A stretch of 64,000 nt of DNA. Origin: Deltaproteobacteria bacterium. GTDB taxonomy: Bacteria > Desulfobacterota > Desulfobacteria > Desulfobacterales > C00003060. Within the stretch, counting starts at the first letter, position 1. Each line of letters opens with the position of its first letter. The stretch covers positions 1,121-65,120 of the forward strand of contig QMMN01000010.1 in assembly GCA_003647275.1 (NCBI GenBank), in the 5' to 3' direction. Under the pieces are notes generated by a model. That model made no database searches. It had not been told where the DNA came from and was given only the letters and a program-made list of their open reading frames with translations. A program made the translations under genes and the position numbers. Below, one piece after another: positions 27,560-37,299 of this stretch.

Positions 27560-29218
27560 ATGTTAAGAAAAACGTATCTGTTTATGTGTTTATTTATTGC
27601 CACGACATTCATGGCAGCCACATCCAGTATGGCTGCGACTGCCACCCTGTCCACCAAAAACCCAAAGGCTGGCAGTCGAATCGAAATAAGTGGCAATATC
27701 GCACCCGGGCAAGATCTTTTTGTGGTCGTGTGCTCGGAGAAGATGTTTAAGCCCGCAGATTCCATAGGATCCAAGGAAAAGGCAAAGCTTACCAAAAAAT
27801 TTGGCGACACGGCTATCCCACCAATTTATTATGTTATTACCAGTGCCCCTGAAAAACTGGCCACGCCAAAGGTGGTACGGAAGGGCAAATGGTTCCCGCC
27901 ATTCAGTTGGAATATGGAAGTCAACAAGATCAAGAAATGGGGAGACATACCTGTAGATGCCAAACAAATGCTCGGTCCCATTAACACAAAAAAACAGTGG
28001 GATTTCTTGATCTTCACACATGAAAAGAAATTCGGAATCAATACGATATCCAAAGAAAGGCCCATTGGCGGCGGTAACGCTCGCATGATTATGAGTGGGG
28101 ATGAGAGCAAAAGCTGGAATAAGGGAGTAAGCCTTTCTTTGAATAAGGCCACAGGCGAATACACGGCATCGTTTAATCTGGGCAAAAGGATCCCTCCAAA
28201 CACGCCACTTCTTGTTTACGTAAACGGCGAGAAGCTTGAAAAGTTAAATGTGCAAAAGAGGGGCTTCTTTTTTAAGATCGGTGGGACCTATATGAACCCT
28301 CTGGTGGTGCTCATTGGCGCCTTTTTGATCGGATGCATGTTTGTTATCGTTGGTGCTGCAGGCGGTCTTTTTACGGCAGCTTTTCAGATTACTGTTATCG
28401 GGACAAACGGCATGGTGGGTGTAAATGCAGCAAATGCGGTTAAGCCTACAAACCTGTTTTTGACCCTCTGTTCACCCATCACGGGCGTCTATACCTACTT
28501 TAAAGAGGGCAGGTTGGCCTGGCCCGTGGCCCTGTTCTTTGTGGGCGGCATCCTGCTCGGCGCATTTTGGATCGGCCCGACATATTCTGCCAAATATCTG
28601 CCAATGAAGGCCTACAAGTTTTACCTCGGGTTCTTCTGCCTGATCCTGTTTGCAAAGCTCTGGTATGAATCAACAAAAAGATCGATCGAGAAGAAGAAGG
28701 CGATTAAGGCGATTATTCAAAAGTTTAACGCAGAGATTAAGCAGGCCAAAGAGGAAGGCCGGGCTGCAGAGCTGGGCAAGGTGATTCTTCAAAAAGGGTG
28801 GAGTGCTACAAGGATCGACTTTACCTTCTGGGGTGAGGCGTTTAAGGCCAATCCGCTAGCCCTGTTCTTTGGCGGTATTATTATCGGGTGTATTGCGTCT
28901 GCTTTTGGGGTTGGCGGCGGCTTTATGCTGGTGCCTTTTATGACCACTATTATGGGATATCCTATGTACTTGGCTGTGCCGATATCGCTGTGTGGGACCT
29001 TCGGTACATCTCTTGGCGGCATATCCAGATATATTATCAACGGCTATCAGCCGGATTGGATCATGGCTGCCCTGATCGCAGCAGGTGCGATTATTGGCGG
29101 CAAGACCGGACCAAAGATTCAGAAGAAGCTGCCGGAGGTATTCTTGAAACGGGCGCTGGCCCTTATCCTCTTTATCGTCTTCCTGAAGTACACTAAGGTG
29201 ATCCCGTTTTTGAGATAA
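27560..29218 (+). CDS. TauE/SafE (TSUP) family permease fused to an N-terminal secreted domain of about 230 aa
   Basis: A signal peptide, then a soluble region of unknown fold, then 8 or so TM helices with GAAGG/GVGGG motifs typical of TSUP. AGGAGG RBS. Confidence 0.7.
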   Translation: MLRKTYLFMCLFIATTFMAATSSMAATATLSTKNPKAGSRIEISGNIAPGQDLFVVVCSEKMFKPADSIGSKEKAKLTKKFGDTAIPPIYYVITSAPEKLATPKVVRKGKWFPPFSWNMEVNKIKKWGDIPVDAKQMLGPINTKKQWDFLIFTHEKKFGINTISKERPIGGGNARMIMSGDESKSWNKGVSLSLNKATGEYTASFNLGKRIPPNTPLLVYVNGEKLEKLNVQKRGFFFKIGGTYMNPLVVLIGAFLIGCMFVIVGAAGGLFTAAFQITVIGTNGMVGVNAANAVKPTNLFLTLCSPITGVYTYFKEGRLAWPVALFFVGGILLGAFWIGPTYSAKYLPMKAYKFYLGFFCLILFAKLWYESTKRSIEKKKAIKAIIQKFNAEIKQAKEEGRAAELGKVILQKGWSATRIDFTFWGEAFKANPLALFFGGIIIGCIASAFGVGGGFMLVPFMTTIMGYPMYLAVPISLCGTFGTSLGGISRYIINGYQPDWIMAALIAAGAIIGGKTGPKIQKKLPEVFLKRALALILFIVFLKYTKVIPFLR

Positions 29219-29246
29219 GATAAAACGCGGACAAGGCATGAATTTT

Positions 29247-29290
29247 GCGACAGCGGCCACAAAAAATAATTGCGGTCGCTGTCGCTTTTT
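29247..29290 (+). terminator. rho-independent terminator
   Basis: The GCGACAGCGGCC...GCGGTCGCTGTCGC stem is followed by TTTTT. Confidence 0.7.
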
Positions 29291-29348
29291 GCCTATAATT
29301 GGCTTATAGTTTTACATCTACCATCCTTAATCACGGAACACGCTGGCC

Positions 29349-29969
29349 ATGGAATACATTGTTGATGCCTTTAATGCCTTTTTTGATCTCCTGTACAATA
29401 ATCTATTAGCCCCTTTCCTCTATTGGATTGCTGCCTTTCTTAACCTTCTCATCTCACCCCTTAGCGCATATCCGCCCCGCACCCAGATCATAGTTGTCTC
29501 GGTTTTTGGCGCTATTGTGTCCAGAATACTTGCAAAAAGATTCAGGGCCAAACAAGAAAAGAGGCTATTGCAAGAATTCAAGGAAAGGCTTTCCACGCTG
29601 GAATACACTAAATATATTGAAGATGATAAATTGAGGAGAGGGTTTAGAAAAGGAATCAATGAGTCGGCTGATGAAGTTTATGAAAAGATCATACTTGATA
29701 AGTTTTTCGAAATGGGCATCTCCTATCTCTTCCCTTTATTCTTTTTCCTCATCTGGTTGCAGTATAGCTTGTTCACTCCTGAAAACCTGAAATCCCTAAC
29801 CGGCTCTCCATACGTATGGGTGACAGACTCCGGATTGAAGCTCAGCGCGGCCTGGGTTTATCTATACTTTTATAATATTTTACTCTTCGGTCTCTGGATA
29901 CTAGAGGTGATTGTCCGAGTTGTTTTAAAGTGGCCAAAAGTAAAAAAACGTAACAGTTTGGCTATCTGA
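29349..29969 (+). CDS. hypothetical membrane protein (TM, basic coiled-coil, 2-3 TM)
   Basis: A 206 aa ORF called from its hydrophobicity pattern only. Confidence 0.5.
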   Translation: MEYIVDAFNAFFDLLYNNLLAPFLYWIAAFLNLLISPLSAYPPRTQIIVVSVFGAIVSRILAKRFRAKQEKRLLQEFKERLSTLEYTKYIEDDKLRRGFRKGINESADEVYEKIILDKFFEMGISYLFPLFFFLIWLQYSLFTPENLKSLTGSPYVWVTDSGLKLSAAWVYLYFYNILLFGLWILEVIVRVVLKWPKVKKRNSLAI

Positions 29970-30256
29970 AAAGGCAGCTAAACTTCGACGCAAAATGCAA
30001 ATTTTAAATCGCCCTTACTATTCGTTGTCTGGATAACGCGGCAAGCTGCGGGGAATGCGCTCGTTTTTGCAGTTCAAAAAAACAGACAAATCATTCATCT
30101 CTGTGGCCTTGCTTTTCATATGGACCCCTCTATGGTCCCAACCGATTCAGCCTATTAAATGGTTAATCTAGATAGGAAATGGTGTTAAAATTCACACAGT
30201 GAAGAGGTTATGTCCGCAAATACTAGTGTACTACTATAAAGAAAGGGGGCAACACG

Positions 30257-31153
30257 ATGAAGAAACTAGTTAATGTTATGAATATTATTTGCCTGGCCGT
30301 GGTTTTTTGTCTTTCTTTTTCCGTTCTTGCAAAAGCGGACTATAAAATTGGAGTGCTGGCAAAACGCGGCGCCCCCAAATGTATGAAGAAATGGGGTGCT
30401 ACCGGTGCCTATTTGACTGAGAAGCTGGGGACAAAGTTTACTATTATCCCACTTAAATTCACTGCAATTGAACCGTCGGTGAAAGAGGGAAGGATTGACT
30501 TTATGCTGGCAAACTCTGCATTTTACGTGGAGATGGAGAAAAAACACAATGTTTATGCAATTGCAACCCTTATTAATTCGAGAAAAGGCAAGGCGTTGAA
30601 AGAATTTGGTGGCGTTATTTTGACGCGCAAGGACAGCCCGATTCAAGACCTTGCCGGGATTAAAGGGAAGAAGTTTATGTGCGTCAAGTATTCGTCTTTT
30701 GGAGGTGCACACATGGCCTGGCGTCTCCTCTTAGAAAACGGTATCGAGCCCAAGACGGACTGCGCTGCCTTCTTAGAGGGAGGGAAGCATGACAACGTGG
30801 TGCTGGCGGTAAAAAACGGCACGGCTGATGTAGGAACGGTAAGAAGCGACACCCTTGAGAGAATGCAGGACGAAGGTAAAATCAAGATGAGTGACTTCAG
30901 GATTATTCATCAGATCAAGGACGATTTTCCTTTTGTTCACAGTACCCGTTTATATCCTGAATGGCCCATGGCTGCCTGCGCTAAAACAGATAAGGGCTTG
31001 GCCCAAAAGGTGGCAGATGCGCTGATTGCCATGCCAAAAGATGCCACGGCCGCCAAGACCGCCAAGATCGTGGGCTGGACCCAACCGGCCGATTATAACA
31101 GCGTGATAGAATGCCTTAAGACCATTAGATACGGTGTTTTTGGAGGAAATTAA
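30257..31153 (+). CDS. PhnD-family periplasmic substrate-binding protein (second copy)
   Basis: Signal peptide present. It has the same family pattern as 21753..22688 and lies directly upstream of a chemoreceptor. Confidence 0.65.
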   Translation: MKKLVNVMNIICLAVVFCLSFSVLAKADYKIGVLAKRGAPKCMKKWGATGAYLTEKLGTKFTIIPLKFTAIEPSVKEGRIDFMLANSAFYVEMEKKHNVYAIATLINSRKGKALKEFGGVILTRKDSPIQDLAGIKGKKFMCVKYSSFGGAHMAWRLLLENGIEPKTDCAAFLEGGKHDNVVLAVKNGTADVGTVRSDTLERMQDEGKIKMSDFRIIHQIKDDFPFVHSTRLYPEWPMAACAKTDKGLAQKVADALIAMPKDATAAKTAKIVGWTQPADYNSVIECLKTIRYGVFGGN

Positions 31154-31154
31154 T

Positions 31155-32813
31155 ATGTTATCAAAAATAGGCATTGCGGGTAAGTTCATATTGATTAATT
31201 CCCTTGTAATCATTGTCTTGCTGGCGATTATTACCTTTGTGACCGTTACAACTGCCAATAAGTATCAGTCAAAGCAGGCCAATGTCTTCATTAAGTCGCT
31301 GAAAGCTGAGCAGTCCAATGAAGAGAAGTTGCTCCGGCAAGCCCTTTTTCAGAAGGGTGAATCGATTACAGCCTTGTTGGCCCAGACTGCATCAAGCTTA
31401 ATTATTGGCTATGACTTTGATACCCTAGGCCGGTTAGCCCAGAGTGGGAGCCGTGACCAGGACATTGTATTCGTTACTTTTTACGATAAGGATGAAAAAC
31501 CGATTACTGAACAGGTGAGTCAACAAAGTGGTATCGAAACCATCAAGCAAGAAGTGTTGTTTGAGGAAGAGTTGGTTGGTTTTGTTGAGGTGGGTCTCGA
31601 TTTTGCCTCTGTTAAGAACAATATAAACGAGGTGTCTGCTCGCATTGATAAAATGATACAGGATACCAGTAAGGCTAAGGAAGAGGCATTGAGATCCATT
31701 ATAAACCTGATTGTTGTTTATGCAGCAGTGGGAGTCGTTGCACTTTGTCTGGCTATTTATTTCTCGCTTTCATATATTGTAACTAAGCCGATCAATGGCA
31801 CTATCGATATGCTTAAAGATGTTGCTGAAGGTGAAGGTGATCTCACTGCCCGCCTCGCGGTTAAGAGTAAGGATGAGGTGGGAGAACTATCAAATTGGTT
31901 TAACATATTTGTCGAGAAGCTCCAAGGAATGATTAAAGATATTGCAGAAAACGCCAAAACCTTGAGTACCTCCTCCAGCAACCTTTCCAACCTTTCCGGG
32001 CAGATGTCAGATGGGATCAACAACGTGTCCTCAAAATCGAACATCGTGGCCACAGCAGGTGAAGAGATGAGTTCCAACATGCACTCTGTTGCTACTGCCA
32101 TGGAACAGGCTGCCACCAATGTGAACATGGTGGCAACAACGATTGAAGAGATAGCTGCCACCGTTAACGAGATTGCACAAAATTCCGAGAAGGCACGCGC
32201 CATAACAGGTGAGGCCGTTTCCCAGTCCCAGCGCGCTTCCGACAGGGTCGAAGAACTTGGAAAAGCTGCTCAGGAAATAGGTGAGGTCACCGAAACCATT
32301 ACCGAGATCTCTGAGCAGACAAATCTTCTGGCCTTGAATGCCACCATTGAGGCAGCCAGAGCCGGAGAGGCTGGCAAGGGCTTTGCCGTAGTGGCCAACG
32401 AGATTAAGGAACTGGCCATGCAGACCGCTGAAGCAACCCAGGAAATCAAAGAAAAGATTGACGGTATTCAGGGCTCGACTGCGGGAACGATAACGGAAAT
32501 TGAACAAATCACAAAGATAATCAACGATGTCAATGAAATCGTGACTACCATTGCCGCGGCCGTGGAGGAACAATCTGCGACAACCAAAGAGATCGCAAGC
32601 AATGTGACCCAGGCATCCCAGGGGATTCAGGAAGTCAATGAGAATGTGGCGCAGAGTTCTATGGTTTCCGCAGAGATTGCCAAAGACATTGCTGATGTCC
32701 ACAAGGAAGCCAATGAAATGTCCAACAGCAGTTCGCAGGTCAAGTTGAGTGCAGAAGAATTATCAAAACTAGCTGAACAGTTAAAGGATCTGGTGGGAAA
32801 ATTCAAGGTATAG
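31155..32813 (+). CDS. methyl-accepting chemotaxis protein
   Basis: ATG 31155 follows a GGAGGA RBS. It has 2 TM helices, a HAMP domain and the signalling hairpin [35 protein letters not shown]. Confidence 0.88.
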   Translation: MLSKIGIAGKFILINSLVIIVLLAIITFVTVTTANKYQSKQANVFIKSLKAEQSNEEKLLRQALFQKGESITALLAQTASSLIIGYDFDTLGRLAQSGSRDQDIVFVTFYDKDEKPITEQVSQQSGIETIKQEVLFEEELVGFVEVGLDFASVKNNINEVSARIDKMIQDTSKAKEEALRSIINLIVVYAAVGVVALCLAIYFSLSYIVTKPINGTIDMLKDVAEGEGDLTARLAVKSKDEVGELSNWFNIFVEKLQGMIKDIAENAKTLSTSSSNLSNLSGQMSDGINNVSSKSNIVATAGEEMSSNMHSVATAMEQAATNVNMVATTIEEIAATVNEIAQNSEKARAITGEAVSQSQRASDRVEELGKAAQEIGEVTETITEISEQTNLLALNATIEAARAGEAGKGFAVVANEIKELAMQTAEATQEIKEKIDGIQGSTAGTITEIEQITKIINDVNEIVTTIAAAVEEQSATTKEIASNVTQASQGIQEVNENVAQSSMVSAEIAKDIADVHKEANEMSNSSSQVKLSAEELSKLAEQLKDLVGKFKV

Positions 32814-32874
32814 TAGAGCCGATTGGTTGAAAATGCACAGGGAGCGCTAACCCTGCAGCAAGCCGCAGGAAGCT

Positions 32875-33033
32875 TCAATTGTTGGGTGGAAATGGCTGGA
32901 GCCGTAGCCCATGAAGTTTTTCTCTTGCCCGATGTTCTTCCCGCAGCTGAACGTGAGCGGTGATATCTCTTATGGTTCCTATGATGAAGTTTACTTTCCC
33001 TTTATGGTCAAAAACTGCAACCGGTGAGACCAT
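32875..33033 (-). pseudogene. possible remnant of a PAS-domain sensor gene (52 codons)
   Basis: The translation MVSPVAVFDHKGKVNFIIGTIRDITAHVQLREEHRA... resembles the end of a PAS domain plus linker. There is no upstream coding continuation. Confidence 0.25.
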
Positions 33034-33231
33034 CACTTCCAAATACTTTTCCTCTCTGCCCCTTCTATAGCAATTCCACCCTGCTCAGCTACTGCCATAA
33101 TACTTGCGAAATTCGGGGTTAACCGATTGGGTGGATCGTCTGCCTGGGGTGAACCTATTGTCCTGAGGGAGTAGATTTTTTCTTCGTGATGGGTTATCAT
33201 ACTAAAAAAATGGTCTCAAGGGAATGCCCTT

Positions 33232-35802
33232 ATGCTTATAACGAGCTTGTTTAAACATTGGACCTATCAAGTATTTTCCCCGGGAACTATCCTCAGGGAA
33301 AAATACGAAGCATTTAAATCGCTGTTAAGATATGACAAGCGAGCCCATGAACTGATGGCAGAACTGGAGGAGATATATTATAACCAGATCAAAGTTGACT
33401 TTAAGGTAATTGAGGATAAATATGATAAGCTCTCCTGTTGTGTTTCCAACATGATAGAAAATATTTCCAAGATGTGCCCTACATGTTATCCTGGTTTGAG
33501 AGACTATTTCAAGAAATTCGATTTTTATATAAGGTTCATGCTTGCCCCACCAGAGTTTAATTTTTCGCCTCCCTTTACCATTCCACTGAAGGAGATATCT
33601 CCGGATAGCCACACGTTGGTGGGCGGGAAGGCTCTGAACTTGGCTATCATTGAAAGAGATCTTCGGCTTCCCATACCAAATGGGTTTGTTATTACAACCA
33701 ATGCCTTCTATTACTTTATTGAGTTTAATAATCTCAGGAAATCAATCGATGAGCGGCTCTCCAAACTCGACCTCAACTCTACGGCTTCCTTAGATGCCGT
33801 CTCCCACGAGTTAGTGGACATCATGATAAACGCCCAGATTCCTCCAGGCATCGAAGAAGCCATCCTCGATGCCTTCGAGAAACTTCAAGGGGCCACTCGC
33901 AAGGATGTGAGAATAGCCATGCGTAGTAGCGCCGTAGGTGAGGATATGCGGTCGTCATTTGCGGGACAGTATCGTACACTTTTAAATGTAAAAGAAGACG
34001 GTATCCTCGATGCTTACAAAGAAGTCATTGCTAGCAAATATACGCCAAGGGCCCTTTACTACAGGATCAACTACGGACTTTCGGATATTGAAACGCCCAT
34101 GGCCGTTGTAGCCCTTGAAATGATTGATCCAGAGGCAAGCGGGGTGATGTATACTCAAGATCTTGAGGATCCAGAGTCAAAAGCTTTGACCATTCATGCC
34201 ATTTGGGGCCTTGGAGAATTGTTGGTAGGCGGGGAGGTCTCACCCGACGTAATTAGTGTAGCAAAAGAGGAAAAGCCAAGGATTGTCCAGAAAAAAACAG
34301 GGGTCAAATCCAAACAGATGATTTTTTCCCAAAATAATGCAACTGAAATTATTCCTGTTCATGATGACAAAAAGTGTTCCCCCTCACTGGAAGATGCCCC
34401 TGTGCTAATTCTGGCCGAGTGGGGCATAAAACTCGAAAGATTTTACAAAGCACCACAGGATATTGAATGGTGTATGGATAACAAAGGGCATCTTTTTCTC
34501 CTTCAATCAAGACCCCTCAGGATCGAAGAAGCGGGCCATGGGGCCCTGACATGTAAGTTTGAAAACATCAAAAATCCCGTACTTGTTTCAGGTGGAGAAA
34601 GGGCTAGCTCTGGAATCGGAGCGGGGAAGGTTTTCAAGATCGACCGCGAATCCGACCTCAAAGATCTTCCTGAAGGTGCGGTCCTGGTGGCCAGGCATGC
34701 TTCACCCCATTATGTCAAGGTGATGGACAAGCTAAACGCAGTCGTAACCGATATGGGAAGCACTGCTGGGCATTTTGCATCTGTTGCACGCGAATTTGGT
34801 GTTCCCACTTTAGTGAACACCAATGTTGCCACTGCCAACTTGCCCCAGGGGAGAGAGGTTACCGTGTATGCAGAGGGCAAAGTCGTCTATGATGGGATCG
34901 TTGAATCCATGCTGGCGAGTCCCTGTGCCCGACGAAACCTTATATCAGACAGCCCCTTTAGCCGCAAGCTGAAATATATCATGAGCTTTATCTCACCTTT
35001 GAACCTTGTTGATCCTAAGGCTTCCTCTTTTGCTCCAGAAGGATGCAGGTCTCTTCACGATATCATCAGGTTCTGCCATGAAAAGGCTGTGCAGGAGATG
35101 TTTTCCATTGGACAGAAGCGCTCAAGTAAGATAAAGGGCGCCAAAAAGCTCCTTTCAGAGATACCTGTACTGTTTTATCTGATGGATGTAGGTGATGGAT
35201 TGAAAAAAAAGCGGGCGGATGAGAAGGAGGTAAGAATTGATAATATTGTGAGCGTCCCCATGAAGGCGCTATGGAAAGGTCTGAATCACCCTGAAATACG
35301 CTGGTCAGCGTTTACCCATTTTGACTGGGCAGAGTTTGACAATATTGTCATGAGCGGCGGAGTCATAAGCAAGGAATCACCACTCCTTGCAAGCTATGCT
35401 GTGCTGTCGAGCGATTATCTTAATCTTAACATGCGATTCGGCTATCATTTTGTCATCCTGGACACAATCTGTCGAGATCAATCAGAAGACAACTACATTC
35501 TGTTTAGGTTCTCTGGTGGAGGGGCCGATTTTTACAGAAGGTCTTTGAGGGCCAGTTTCTTGGAAGAGGTGTTGCAACGCCTTGGTTTTGAGGTGGATAA
35601 AAAGGGTGATCTCGTAGATGCCCAGCTGAAGGGGGCTGACAGGAAGACAATGGAACAGAAATTGGACATGATTGGACGCCTTCTTGGCGCAACGAGACTG
35701 ATGGATATGTACCTCAAGGATGTGTCAATGGTGGAAAGTTTTGTTGAAGATTTTATGAGTGGACGATATCATTTCGCTTCCGCGGAAAAAACTACCTGTT
35801 AG
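33232..35802 (+). CDS. PEP-utilizing-enzyme-like dikinase (PpsA-type ATP-grasp + swivel His domain) with non-canonical N- and C-terminal domains
   Basis: PPDK_N-type motifs (VGGKALNL, MRSSAVGEDMRSSFAGQY, DIEWCMD). The mobile domain reads VTDMGSTAGHFASVAREFGVPT. The last 300 aa or so lack the PEP/pyruvate TIM-barrel motifs. Confidence 0.75.
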   Translation: MLITSLFKHWTYQVFSPGTILREKYEAFKSLLRYDKRAHELMAELEEIYYNQIKVDFKVIEDKYDKLSCCVSNMIENISKMCPTCYPGLRDYFKKFDFYIRFMLAPPEFNFSPPFTIPLKEISPDSHTLVGGKALNLAIIERDLRLPIPNGFVITTNAFYYFIEFNNLRKSIDERLSKLDLNSTASLDAVSHELVDIMINAQIPPGIEEAILDAFEKLQGATRKDVRIAMRSSAVGEDMRSSFAGQYRTLLNVKEDGILDAYKEVIASKYTPRALYYRINYGLSDIETPMAVVALEMIDPEASGVMYTQDLEDPESKALTIHAIWGLGELLVGGEVSPDVISVAKEEKPRIVQKKTGVKSKQMIFSQNNATEIIPVHDDKKCSPSLEDAPVLILAEWGIKLERFYKAPQDIEWCMDNKGHLFLLQSRPLRIEEAGHGALTCKFENIKNPVLVSGGERASSGIGAGKVFKIDRESDLKDLPEGAVLVARHASPHYVKVMDKLNAVVTDMGSTAGHFASVAREFGVPTLVNTNVATANLPQGREVTVYAEGKVVYDGIVESMLASPCARRNLISDSPFSRKLKYIMSFISPLNLVDPKASSFAPEGCRSLHDIIRFCHEKAVQEMFSIGQKRSSKIKGAKKLLSEIPVLFYLMDVGDGLKKKRADEKEVRIDNIVSVPMKALWKGLNHPEIRWSAFTHFDWAEFDNIVMSGGVISKESPLLASYAVLSSDYLNLNMRFGYHFVILDTICRDQSEDNYILFRFSGGGADFYRRSLRASFLEEVLQRLGFEVDKKGDLVDAQLKGADRKTMEQKLDMIGRLLGATRLMDMYLKDVSMVESFVEDFMSGRYHFASAEKTTC

Positions 35803-35851
35803 ATGTAAACGCTTTGATTCTCCCCTAGTAAAAGTGGAAAAGCTATAGGAT

Positions 35852-36943
35852 ATGCCCGGATATCAACTTACATGGATAACTAAAGATTTGGCCGTTGGCT
35901 ATGCGCCCATGTCATATGCTGAACTCGAATCTATAAGAACACAGGGGATTGATGCCATTGTCAACCTTTGTGCAGAATTCTGCGATCTGCATGAGATTGA
36001 GGAAAAGACAGGCTTTGAGGTCTACTATCTTCCCATTCCGGATGAGAGCGCACCGAACATGGAGGATATGGAAAAGGCCCTTGACTGGCTGGATGAGGCT
36101 ATCTATTTGGGCAAAAAGGTCTTGATTCACTGCCGTCATGGCATCGGGAGAACAGGGACCTTTGTGATCTCTTATTTGCTAAGGAGAGGGCTGGGCTTAA
36201 AGGTTGCATCCAAAAGGATGAAACACACTCGCGCAAGCCCGACTGGTTACAGTCAGTGGAGGCTGTTGAAAAAATATGGGAAGAAATCGGGCACCTTAAA
36301 GATACGAGAGCCTTCCCTTGAAAGCAGAAATGTTGTTGATTTAAGCGCATATTTTGCAGAATATGAGGCATTGGTTCAAAAAATAGATGAAGATATCAAA
36401 AAAGCAAGCAAAACGCTTGGAAATATCCCAAAGTGTGGGTTTGAAACAGATGAGTGCTGCTTTCAATATTTCGACTTGCAATTGATCGAGGTCATTTACA
36501 TAAATAACAAAATGAACAAGACCCTTAAAAGCGATGTAAGGCAAGAAGTCATCCACAAAGCCGTGGAAGTATCCAAAAAGACAAGAGAGATAAAACGTCG
36601 GTTGTGTGAAAAAGGAGACGATTGTGACGATGGCAAAAACGCTCTGGTTGATGCTTACACGAAGGAGAACATTTTGTGCCCGTTAAATAGAGAGTCAAGG
36701 TGCAGCCTGTACGAATACAGGCCCATAAGATGCAGGTTGCACGGTGTTCCCAACAATTTGGTTGATTTTGATCTGATAAATAACGTGCTTTTTGACATCT
36801 CCAAAAACATCTTCCTTGCATTTTCCGGGTATTTTCTTGAAGAAAACCCCTTGTTCTTTTCTTTGGCCGATACTGTTTCAGGAAAGTTCGTTCAGGATTA
36901 CTTCCATTACTTGGCTTATTTGGCAACCAACTCAAATCATTAG
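35852..36943 (+). CDS. dual-specificity (Cys-based) phosphatase fused to a YkgJ/UPF0153-type Cys-rich metal-binding domain
   Basis: P-loop VLIHCRHGIGRTGT (HCxxGxxR[ST]). The C-terminal half carries CGFETDECC... and CPLNRESRCSLYEYRPIRCRLHG. Confidence 0.75.
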   Translation: MPGYQLTWITKDLAVGYAPMSYAELESIRTQGIDAIVNLCAEFCDLHEIEEKTGFEVYYLPIPDESAPNMEDMEKALDWLDEAIYLGKKVLIHCRHGIGRTGTFVISYLLRRGLGLKVASKRMKHTRASPTGYSQWRLLKKYGKKSGTLKIREPSLESRNVVDLSAYFAEYEALVQKIDEDIKKASKTLGNIPKCGFETDECCFQYFDLQLIEVIYINNKMNKTLKSDVRQEVIHKAVEVSKKTREIKRRLCEKGDDCDDGKNALVDAYTKENILCPLNRESRCSLYEYRPIRCRLHGVPNNLVDFDLINNVLFDISKNIFLAFSGYFLEENPLFFSLADTVSGKFVQDYFHYLAYLATNSNH

Positions 36944-37299
36944 TCTTTTAACACGGTTGCCACTTTTTCCTCCAGTTCGTCCTTGTCTATCGGCTTGACA
37001 CAGTACTCGCTGGCTCCCAGCTTCAAAGATTGCCGGGCGGTCTCCAGAGTGGGATAACCGGTCAGCATAATCGCGCGAATTGACGGATCTGTTTTCTTAA
37101 GTTCCTCTAGTACTTCAACACCGCTCATCTTTTTTAACTTGATATCCAAAATGGCCAAGTCTATCTCGTTGGATTGGGCACAATGCAACGCCTCTTCCTC
37201 CTCTGTAAAGGCAAACACCTCGTGTCCTTTTTTTTGTAAAATCTTCTTGATGAGTATGACCGCATCTAACACATCATCCAACACCAATATTTTTGCCAT
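36940..37299 (-). CDS. single-domain response regulator
   Basis: MAKILVLDD..., LDIKL and CVKP, a receiver-domain pattern. It overlaps the upstream kinase stop by 26 nt. Confidence 0.85.
   Translation of the reverse strand: MAKILVLDDVLDAVILIKKILQKKGHEVFAFTEEEEALHCAQSNEIDLAILDIKLKKMSGVEVLEELKKTDPSIRAIMLTGYPTLETARQSLKLGASEYCVKPIDKDELEEKVATVLKD

Noticed and set aside
32031-32702. A 223-aa minus-strand ORF inside the chemoreceptor gene.
   Set aside because: It is a low-complexity antisense translation of the MCP signalling domain. The plus strand has the unmistakable MA-domain hairpin.
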